DNA of 64,000 nucleotides. Source: Amphiscolops sp. MND2022 (taxonomy: Eukaryota). The first letter of the stretch is position 1; each line of letters opens with the position of its first letter. Location of the stretch: the NCBI GenBank assembly GCA_964187785.1, contig OZ076413.1, forward strand, positions 45,572,001 through 45,636,000, given 5' to 3'. Both the position numbers and the translations under genes were made by a program. Positions 34,938 to 45,207 of the stretch are shown piece after piece. A model generated the notes under the pieces. The model saw only the letters and a program-made list of their open reading frames with translations, was not told where the DNA came from and made no database searches.

Positions 34938-37900
34938 TCAGTTTTTAGAACTGCTAGCTGAAGATTCGTCGGCAACAGACGAAGCCCTAGAACGCGAAAT
35001 GGCCCTCTCCATTCGTCTTCGCTTGCTATCACTGGGAAGTTTTAATGCAGAGGCATCAGGGATAGATGAGGTATCTGCTATAGTGGGGCTACGAAATTGA
35101 AACTCTGACCCAGAAAGGATAGAACGGTAAGAAGTGACAAGGGTCTTGTAAATAGCAGTCCGGCTGAAACCGTCTACAAAAGGCCAGGGGTCATAATCGG
35201 CGGCGAAAGCGGATTGCCCGAAAGAAGAAGACAGCTGCTGGAACTTCTCAAGTTGGGGCTCAGTGCAGCAGACTAGCAGGGAATCAGGATCTGAAGTCAA
35301 ATAACTTTGGCAGGGTAAGATCACGTCTACCAAACGGGACTGAAGCCCTGTTGTATCGATTCTCCCAAAGGAAACTGGGGGATATTCAGGACTGATAGTA
35401 GTTATGCAAAGACAGCTTAACTTAAACAAATAGCAAAGATGATCATGGGACTGAAGGAATTCCAAATTCATGAAGAAATCGATGAGATCAGGGGGATCCT
35501 TGGCTGAACTAAATTCAGCGGAGTGATTGTTCCGGAGGTGGTCCAATAGGGCAACATACTCGTCTCGGCAAGCTGACTCGTTGAATTCCGAGACCCAGAA
35601 ACGCAGCTGGAATGTGGAGTACAGGCAATCAAAATGGCGCAAAGCAACATCCACTGGTCGTTTGAATAGGATGTATGGGTCGAACGCTGCCAACCCTTTG
35701 ATAAGTTCGGAACTAAATTCAGTATGTTGGAGAACCTCCGACAACAGGAACTTGATATAACTCCTGGCGCTTGCTGCGAAATCCAATTTGGCCTGGTCAG
35801 CAGTCTTACTAATTGCTGCTTTACTGGACTTCTTGTTGAAGTGGAGTCCAGCTGCTTTCAAGTTGCTTGCTGTAGTAACTTTGCCAGCGATCTTGAGACG
35901 CACCAGAAAGTCCTCGTCTCCCATGAATGTACCCTGGTTGAGCTGGAAATTCATCAATAAGAACCAGGCATTCTCTAGTGGCACTGTATCCGGCTGGAAG
36001 ATGCGGAAGCAAAGGCGGTTGATGTATTTGCACACTTCGCCACAGAGGAAGAAGGAGGCATCACGTCTCTGACTCAAATTGGTGACGAAGCTGGTGACAT
36101 CTGAAATTCACAAATCAATGGTCCTTAAAAGGACAACAGACCAAAGGGATCTTAGTAGATTGAGAATACTCACAATCGCTGACCAAACGTTGAAAAAGCT
36201 CCAATTTGGCAGCAAAGAAGTTGTCCATGATGAGGGACCATTCGAAGCTCTGGACCTAGGAAAGAAGCAGTGTGAACACTTTGAGACTTACCCATCAACG
36301 ATAATGCAAGGAAAGCAATTACTACGATTCCTTATGTAAAGAAGATGCCACTTGAAGTTCATAACCTTATTGTGCACTCCTTGATTCTCTTGGCGAGATG
36401 GCGAGATCTCTGTAAGATAGCGGAGGATTGTTTTCCACTTCTTCGACAAGGTTCGGCAGAGTTCAGGAATTTTCTCCACTTCTAGTCTGCAGGTCGTGAT
36501 TGCCTAATCCTCAGGATTGGAATTTCAACTGAAGTTGCTTGCCACCCCCTACCAGTGTAACGTAAATCAAATGCACAAACTAGACTCACTCGGACAAGTT
36601 CAGGTGACTCTGAAACCCAGTCTTCAGATAGGCATCCTCCGAGTGAGACTAAGAGACTTTGGAGAACGGAAAACATGTCTATGTGCCCAAACACACTGTA
36701 GTTCCCCTTGTGCATCAAGGTACGCAAGTTGAGCAGTTCGAAGCGGAAGCAACTTTGAACCCCTCGCGGATAGGCTGGGTGATGGTCCACCGTCCTGATC
36801 AGGTCGACAGCGCAACCTGAGATCGCAACTATGTCAGGAGCAGTCGATACGACGGATAACAGTCGAGATAGGGAGCCCAGTTCCTCGGTGAGTCCAGCGC
36901 CGGTGAGGCCACTTCTGCAGATGAATAGGCGGCAGAGTTTCGCTCCTTTCCAGAACCGCAGGGACATAAAGCGATTAGCCCCTCTCTTCTCAAACTCAAC
37001 TCCGAAATGCTGGGAGGCGCAGACCTGTTCAGCTATGTCCTCCATCAGGCAATTGAAGACGTGTTGGAAGATGGCCTGAAACGGAACAAAATTGGATGAA
37101 TAACATGACGTCACTTTCCTGACCCTTCCCTACCACCTAGTTCAACCTTTTGGAAAACAACTGAGAGATCTTACCATGATGTGGTCCTCATTCCAATTGA
37201 AGTCCTGGAAAGCTGACTGGAACTCAGTGTAACTTCCAACTCTCGCCCACAGTTTTCGAAGCAGTGCCAAATCTCCAGAACTTTGGATGAAGTCTCCCAA
37301 AAGACGTATCTGTGTTCGTAACCGGGACTGTGGAGTGATAATCCTTGCAGATAATCCTCGTAGAATGGATTTCTTTCTCCAACGTCAACGAGCTCCGTGT
37401 GTATGAACCTGGGTAACTCATCAGCGAGTTCCTTCTTACTAAGAATTTTGCCATTCTTCCCCCTGACGCGATGCTGAACTTTCCCAGTCACAAGATCCAC
37501 TGTTTTGAGGTGTTCATACCTCCACCTCTGGTCTCGGCGTAAATGTTTTTCGGTCCTGTGATGGCGCAGGAATTCAACGGTGCCCTTAGTTTTTATACTA
37601 AAATTCTTTTTACACATGTGGCACCATACCATGTGTGGATTGTGGAGGGGATCAGAGGGCCCAGCGATAAAAGATCTCGTCCACTCGATTTTGGACAGAA
37701 ACTCCTCCCTCATGGGTACGCCTCGTCTGGAAACATTTTTCACTTTGGCTGATTTAGCAGTTGTGGTACTTTTTCGGGACCTCTGGGTAGGCGTCCTATT
37801 CTGGATCTCAGAGAGGGTAATGTCGAGGCTACCCTTTTCACCTGTCCCAGCTCCCTCTTCAGAAGAATCTTGTGGCTGCGCTGGCTGGGGCGTTTGAGGA

Positions 37901-39356
37901 GAACCCCTGGGATCTGCAATTCCGAGAGTCTGGTTGATGAGAGCCATTTCAGTAGAACTGTCACTCTCGTTGGGATCAAGGAAATCACTGACGTTCTGGA
38001 GCAGACTCATGTCAGTTTGTGACTCATATCCCGACCCGAATTCAGTCAAAGTTCCTTCAGAACCGGACCTAGCAAGTAAATTGGGACCAGGAGTGGACGA
38101 GCGGGCCCGGATCTGAAACTTTTCTGTCCTCGAGGGGGCTGTTGCGGGTGTTCCTCTGACAGCTCCAATTACCATCCTTTCCATGGTCGAACAAGTCATG
38201 TTGATGGCCTCATCGGTTAAAACCCGGAGCAAGTGGTAAACTTGTGGCTCAGTAAATGCGACGACTCTTTGTCCGACCGGAAAGGTGTAAGGGTCCTCGG
38301 TCTCGAAGTACTGCTTCAAGGTGGCTCGACTTCGCCCTGACAAATCTTGCAAGGTGTCGTTTTGACCTGATTGGCCAGATCTAGATGTGCCAGGTTGGCC
38401 CGGATCGTGAACTTCTGAGCCTGATTCACCTCCAGTTTCTGATTGCTGTGTAGAGTCAAAAGGGTTCATAGCATATAATGGGGGGCACTCAGCTTGACTG
38501 ATGTTTTCTGATGTTTGATTGGCATCACTGAACTCACCAATATCTTCAACTTGGTCTTTCCTCCCAGGAAGTGGAGGAGGTTCTATGATAGAAGAGGAGG
38601 CATCCCCTTCAGACTGTAAGAATGGGACTTCAGACATCTCTTGTGTCTGATCTTGGAGGACTTGCAACTCGGGAAACCCTGTGCTCATCTTCGGCGCCAC
38701 TGAAAGCGAAGATTCAAGTTGGGTGAGACTATCTACTGAAGTCCCTGGCTGATTTGGTGGATTAGGTGTGCCAGATTGTACAAATTCAGCACCCTGGACT
38801 GCAATTTGGACTAATTGGCCTTGGGCCGTAATAGGACCCTCTTCAACGTTACTAGCAGAATCGGCTTCAGTAAGTCCTTGTATGGTCTCCATCCTCTGAG
38901 ACTCCTGATCTGCATAGGCGGTGACATCGGCATTGCTCTCATTGTGGAAGGAAGAGTCTACAGTCATATGCTCGGTTTGTCCACGGGCAGCCCTGATTGG
39001 AGGGAAAGGAGGCGTTGAAGGATTAACTCCAGTGACATATCCAGACGTGAAAATGGGGACTGGGCGTTGAATAGCCCCGGCAGAATTGTCAGTTGTGTTG
39101 GTGGTTTGAACTTGAGGTTCATCAGGATTCTGGTTATCTAAACAGAAAGAGATGAAATTTGGCGGTAAGCTTCCTTGAAAGAAATCCATTACGCCGCATT
39201 AGAAAACTTCCGGAAGTGTTTTGAAAATTTGAATGAAACGGTGTATCACGTGTTCATTAGTGGATACAGGAAGCGTTTTGTGAACAAATTCGACCTTGAT
39301 CAAGTTGAACTAGTTCAAAATAGGAGAAAATCAAACCAACCTGTATTAGAAGACAT
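34938..39356 (-). pseudogene. Antisense multi-exon gene: disordered N-terminus + BED-type zinc finger + hAT-transposase-like body
   Basis: VWCHMCKKNFSIK...LRHHRTEKH. ORF pieces are joined in frame by GT-AG introns at 37076-37174, 36256-36365 and 36101-36173, and probably 39138-39340 and 36549-36589. One frameshift near 37340 and two stops near 36505-36525. Confidence 0.75.
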
Positions 39357-40244
39357 TCTGTTGAAACGGCCCACTTGGATACAGTTCCGATTCGAACGTT
39401 GTTGAAAAGGGGGAATTAGAAGTGCTCGGGGATGAAGCAAGGGGAAAGAATCTGCGATGAAGCAGGACGTGGTCCGATGCAGGCACCGAGACGAAGTTGA
39501 CGATGAAGATGAAGATTAAATTACAAATGAAAGGATAAATGGAACAACAATTGGAATTAAATCAGGAATTGAATGAGTAAAAGAATTACTAAAAGTTGGA
39601 GTTCGTGGCTGAAGATTATTACCGGACTAATATTATGGGATTATCTACATATTTATTCTGTAAATGGAGTCTGCCAGCGAAGTGTACAAAAAACTTTGTT
39701 ATTTACAGCTTACTTAGTTAGTGGCCTATTCCGGCCGTTTGACCAGTTGCACTTTATCGTTTCGTTCAGTTATCTTAGTTATTCTTAGTTAAAAAATCCG
39801 CTATTTTGAATTATTTTGATTTATTATTTTCGCCATTTTATTATTTAATTTTTCAATTTATCAGAGCTTAACTCTGATTGGCTGAAGCCATGTTGGAAGT
39901 ATTTAGCGACGCGTGCTGTTAATTGTTCTGAAGCAAGCCGTTAATTACCTACTAGAGGTGAAGATATTTGATATCAACAACTTAAGTGCTGCTTACACCT
40001 ACTTTGATGATGGCTTGGATGAAGGACAAACATCAAACTAATCGGAGCCGCCAACCCCGTTTAGGAATTCCATTCAGAAAAGTTTACGATGAGTCGGGGC
40101 AATCAACCTAAGATTCTCCCGCTAAATTGGAAACTTCGGGAAAAGTCCTAACTCGGAATTTGGGGAGGTGATAAGCTCATTCTGATTTCAAACCCGCTCA
40201 CGACAAGTTGACTAGAAAACCTTCAAAATTGCAAAAAACTGATA

Positions 40245-41015
40245 ATGGAGAAATTCAACAAAGCGAGAAAGCTCTTTGGTTCTCTTGACTTTAGCTCGGA
40301 CTCATCAAATAACTCTGTAATCTATATCAGTAGCGACGAGGAAACATCCGAAGGATGGGACTCAGATTGGTCAACGGACACAGAGGAGCTGGTGAGGAGA
40401 GTTGAAACTCAAGTCCAAGCCCGGCCAATACCCATAGCAGGAAGAAAACTAACTACGGCAAGTGATGAGCCTGGCCCCAGTACTGTGTCGCCCAACATGC
40501 AGACCACGCCAAAGCTAGACAAGAAATACTTTGATGAGAAACTTTGCTATGCTCCAACTAGAGGCAACACAAAAAGGAGGATAGAACTGTGCAAGACGAT
40601 TCTGCCAGTTCTAGAGTCTCCACTATCTCCCCCTGCCCATGAGAGGGGGCCGTCAATGGACACGCCGCTATTACAGCCTGAAAACAGTGGATTTCACGCC
40701 TCTTTCCATATTCAGAATGCGCTTCCTTACACGGACATCAGTACCCAGAGGTGTACGAGTTGCATGGTCTGTGGAAAGTCAGTAGACGAAATAAAGGCAA
40801 TAAAAGTGACTCGCTATATGGAAGCTTCAACGCCTAGAAGCGAACCGGCGTATATAACAGCTCTCAGAAAAGAGGCTTACATCAACGGCCTCAATGCTGG
40901 CAGTCTTCTTTTCATCGCACCCGCTGTGTCGCAGGCTGCCGCCTGTGACGGAACTAGAATTTCAACAACAGCTGTTGTCCAAGATGTGGCTCCTGGGACC
41001 CTACCCATTTATTAA
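40245..41015 (+). CDS. Accessory ORF of the giant Gypsy element, running into the 3' LTR
   Basis: Intact 256 aa; VIYISSDEE motif; CxxCxxC cluster; last ~29 codons lie in the LTR. Confidence 0.8.
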   Translation: MEKFNKARKLFGSLDFSSDSSNNSVIYISSDEETSEGWDSDWSTDTEELVRRVETQVQARPIPIAGRKLTTASDEPGPSTVSPNMQTTPKLDKKYFDEKLCYAPTRGNTKRRIELCKTILPVLESPLSPPAHERGPSMDTPLLQPENSGFHASFHIQNALPYTDISTQRCTSCMVCGKSVDEIKAIKVTRYMEASTPRSEPAYITALRKEAYINGLNAGSLLFIAPAVSQAAACDGTRISTTAVVQDVAPGTLPIY

Positions 41016-42649
41016 AAGTAAACTGAAACTTTTCTTTAAACTTTTTCATTGTTTATGTATCTTGTTGCCTTGTTATTTTAAAAACTACCCGAAAGGGCCG
41101 TACTGGGACATATTCCCTATTCCCGAACCAAAAATGTGCTTGTTATTTATTTACAGACAACCTTAGGTTTGAATGTTAATTGTATATTAGTCCGTTAACA
41201 TAGATTGTGTTGTGCTGTTGTTTTGTAAATGCAATGAAGTATTAATCGGAGATAATGGCAATCAACTTAGAGAAAGTACGGAAACGTGTTCAAATGGTCC
41301 TCTGTACTTTCTTGCTAGCGTCACTTGCGCTCACTCTATTAGCCAATCGGATGCCTTCATTTTGTACGCTTTATTCTCTTTTGCCGATTATGGCCTTTGT
41401 ACAATCTGGACGAGTGTGCTACTAATGCCGTTCAGGCAGACGGTCTAATCCGGCTATTTAGTCTACAATGAACATAGCACTTGTATTTAATGCTAATTCC
41501 ATGTAGTAATATTTATTTAGTAGTAGGCTTTGTTGATCATGAAGTACCAATTTGAAGTGCTATTTAATGCTTTGTTGTGTTATTAACAAATAATTGCCCG
41601 ATTTTGCTCTAGTATAACCCTGTTGCATGAAATTTGATGTTATTGCCTTAACAGGCCTTTTGCCATTGTACTCATGAAAGGTATTTAGACTAAACATATT
41701 TGTTGTGCTGCCATGTGCTAAAGTATGTGCACTTACATCAACAAATACCTGTTCAATGAAAATATTTTGCCAAATATGTAAACGATGCTAACGGTTGAAT
41801 GATTGTTCCTTTGATGTATAATATTTGGAGTGGATAGCGTTCATCCCGTGACCATCAGAAATGCAGTCATATGATATTGTCTTAGTCAAAGAATGTAAAG
41901 AATGAGAGTGTCACTCTTTCGGGGGTATAAATACCCGTGCTTTTGAGAGAGGAGACACTTCTTAATTTGCTCTCTTCTGGAAAGACTATCATATTAGTAC
42001 AAACGGTTTCACTGTTATTTTCGAGATATAATCTAATTCAATTTTATACTCGAAGTTTTCCTTATGCCTACTACAAGAAAACAAAAGAAAGCTAGAAAGT
42101 CCAGAGGACTAGAGATCCTTTCTGATATCGAAAATCTAGATATAATGTTAGGAGGCGATTGTTACAATGGAACTGAAAGAGAAAGGAGTTTAGACAGTAA
42201 CTCCGTTAGAAGGAGAGAAAGTATCATGAGTAATAACTTAGACAACAAGGACGAAAGCCTGTTTTCAAATTGTAGAAATGATGAACCTAGGACAAGTGCC
42301 GATCTTGGTCAAAACTCAGCTGAAGCAAACTCACTAGCTGAGATAAACAGGTTGTCAAGCGAATTAAACTCTAGAATATCCCGTGAGATGGATGAAATGA
42401 TGAATAATGTTGGTACACAGATCCAGAGGGCCATCAATGAGGCTATTAACAGTCAAGTATTGCCTCAAATACAGAATGTCATAATGGCCGGATCAGGTCG
42501 AGAGACCAGAAGGGGATGGGAAGTCCCAGTTGAGAGATCGGAAGCAAATGCCGAGGAACAGCGGATTCAAAACACCAAGGCCGACTGTAGAAATGAACAA
42601 CATGATGGATACCGATCAGGTGGACCATCTACCCGTCATGTTCATGACA
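40927..42649 (+). repeat. 3' LTR (1723 bp)
   Basis: Copy of 26759-28481, followed by TSD TTTGG. Confidence 0.95.
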
Positions 42650-42699
42650 TTTGGCCTAGCGAACTGAACCGAAAAAGTTTTCCCTCTTTTCCCGCGTAA
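42064..42699 (+). CDS. LTR-borne Gag N-terminus reading out into flanking DNA
   Basis: First ~195 aa match Gag; then 16 aa come from the flank. Confidence 0.6.
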   Translation: MPTTRKQKKARKSRGLEILSDIENLDIMLGGDCYNGTERERSLDSNSVRRRESIMSNNLDNKDESLFSNCRNDEPRTSADLGQNSAEANSLAEINRLSSELNSRISREMDEMMNNVGTQIQRAINEAINSQVLPQIQNVIMAGSGRETRRGWEVPVERSEANAEEQRIQNTKADCRNEQHDGYRSGGPSTRHVHDIWPSELNRKSFPSFPA

Positions 42700-43178
42700 C
42701 ATTCGAGTTGTTTCGGCATTGTGTGACTTTTTTTGAAAAAAAACTTCAACAACGGACCCCCTTCAATTTTTGATGTTTTGCAACAATGGATATAAAAAAT
42801 GCGATAGGGTCCCATGCAAAATGCAATTTGGTTCAATTTTTTGTGTTTTTCCGGTTCTGTAGAAGAAAATACTTTGACATTTTGAAGTCCTTTTGCTATT
42901 TTTGAGCCTTAGATATGGCGCCGACTTGGGCCGGTACCAGCTTGAGCTTTAAAAGTGCATGATTTTTCGTTAGTATTTTTAGAAAAGAAGAAAAGAAAAG
43001 GTAATTTTTCCAGATGTCATGAATAGTATGATTTATAATAAACACAAGGCAAAACATCAACATCCGAAACGGACGGGGAATGAGCTTAATCGCTCCTCAA
43101 GTCTTCGCCCTCAAGAACAAATTTTCAACACTTATATTCATTATTTGAATTTTTGCGGTACGAATACACAATTCTCAC

Positions 43179-45040
43179 TCAGAAAATAATAGTATGTAAT
43201 TCCTTGTTATCTATGATATACAAAGAACCTAATTTGGTAAAGTAGGCCCGCATTTTCAATGAACTCAATTTGTTCATGTCATTAGGTATCAAGTCCACCC
43301 ACTTCAACCAATTGTACGTTTTGCGTAAAGTGTTTTCAAGTGACTTCCGTTTCGTGACAGTTCTGCTATCAGTAGTGCTAAAGAGCCCTTTTGCCCGCCA
43401 ACGTGTTGCCATAATTTCATCTGACACATTTGGTATTTCTAGATACTGAACTGTTGACTCATTACTTAGTTGTTTAAAAAGATCTCCAACTATTTCAAGA
43501 GTATAAAGTTCGAAGACAGTGAAAGTTTTGTGATCGGACAATTTATCTCTCAAAGAGTCAAATTTCTTTTTGAAAAATATTGCTCTCAAAATGCGTCTCT
43601 GAGCGTTCGCAACTTTCTTCAGATTGGTTTTTTGCTAATGATCCTTACACAATTAGTCCATAGCAAAAAATTGATTTGGCAAGAGAATAATAAAACATTA
43701 AAAGACATTTACGTGGATACATATGACTTACTCTGTATTTTAAACCACAGCTTTTTAACAGAACCTATATGTTCTCTAACTTTGAGGCTGCCGTCTAAAT
43801 GTAATCCTAAGTATTTACATGCATTTTGATAAGGTAACTCATTACTCAATATAGTCACTTTGTCTGGTTTGCCGCATCCAAAGGAGATTGTATTTCATTT
43901 ACTTTTGTATTCCATTTGCTTCACATTTACTCACGTTAACTGTTAGTTAATTTGAAACGAACCAATTTGTTATGTTTTTCGAGTCTTGTGTGATAAAAGG
44001 ACTTGTTTTATCATCAGCGTTTAAAACTGTTGTAATATCAGCAAACATGGCAATTCTACCATCTTTATTGACTTGATGTAGATCGTTGATGTATAAAAGG
44101 AAGAGAATGGAACCATGGGGTACTCCTGTACAAATTCTTTGCTTAGATGATGTAGAACAATCAGATGCTACAAACTGCCAGCGATTTCCGAGATAGTTTC
44201 TCACAATGTGATAGACAGGTCCTCTGAAACCGTCCTTTTCACTTTTATTCAGTAAATTATTATGATCCAGCGTGTCGAAAGTTTTCTGTGAGTCACTGAA
44301 ACAAATTTGTCCAATACTTTTTCTATCAATTTCAGTTCTAATATATTCCGTCGTTGCAGTACTAATTGCGTCGACACAAGACCTTTTTGATCTAAATCCA
44401 TATTGTGTTGATGTCAAAATCTCTTTCACAGAATTTGACCATCCGTTTATGCAATAGCTTCTGAAACAATTTCCCGAGAGAACTAAGAAGGCTGATTAGT
44501 CTATAATTGACTGGGTCCGTTTTATCACCTTTTTAATGTGACGGTATGACTTTCGCCACTTTGAAACATGTAGGATAGGTTTTCTCCAAGATGCATTTAT
44601 TAAAGGCTATTGCTATATATTCATCCACAATGGGAGAACAGCATTTCAATATCTCGTTACTGATACCATCCTCACCACATCTTTTCTCACTTTTCACCTT
44701 TTTTATTATTGATGTAACTTCAGACGCATTTGTGGGGTACACTACCATTGTGTTTTCAACCTGCTTTATTGTGTCAGTATTGGTAACTTTGGGAAGATTT
44801 GAGGACAGTATTGAATCGATAGATGCGAAATACTTGTTTAAATCTTCTAGATCAGGTAATGATGAATGGGGTTGCTGCTCTTTTTTTACTGTCACATGTG
44901 TCTTGTATATGGTTTTAGCTGTAGGATTATTCCCAATTTACGAAAATTTTCTTCTTTTTGATTCTCTGATGAGTTGGGTAACGTAATTACGGAAATGCCG
45001 GTATCTCTCCCTGGTCGCAGTACTCGAATTATCTAGCCAT
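43179..45040 (-). mobile_element. 5'-truncated, degenerate LINE (APE-type: CR1/L2/Jockey-like) RT
   Basis: LNKYFASI, GEDGISNEILK, FKVAKVIP, QYGFRSKRSC, TFDTLDH, GVPHGSIL, MFAD; many frameshifts. Confidence 0.9.
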
Positions 45041-45207
45041 ATCTAATATTTTAATGATTTTTAGTGAAGTTTTTGCAGAGTCAATTCATTTTGTTTGTAT
45101 TAGAAATGAGTATATGGGTAATTATGTGACAAGGGTTAGCTCTGTTACTTCATATATTCGATACTAAAACTTGTTGAGCGTGATTGGTAAAAGTTCCAAA
45201 CGGCATC

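Larger units (their letters stand above)
26759..42649 (+). mobile_element. Giant (15.9 kb) Ty3/Gypsy LTR retrotransposon with two accessory genes
   Basis: 1723-bp TGTC..GACA direct repeats; TSD TTTGG (26754-26758, 42650-42654); PBS TGGTGACAGGAG at 28482; gag, PR-RT-RH-IN. Confidence 0.96.

Noticed and set aside
36256..36291. 36-nt intron using the GTAAGT donor at 36291
   Set aside because: Its phase does not match the acceptor; the donor at 36365 restores the frame.
34938..41015. env gene
   Set aside because: No signal peptide, fusion peptide or TM anchor; the main ORF is antisense.
40927..42649. Start of a second, truncated tandem element or a segmental duplication
   Set aside because: TG..CA ends, a PBS directly after copy 1 and the TTTGG TSD identify the repeats as LTRs.
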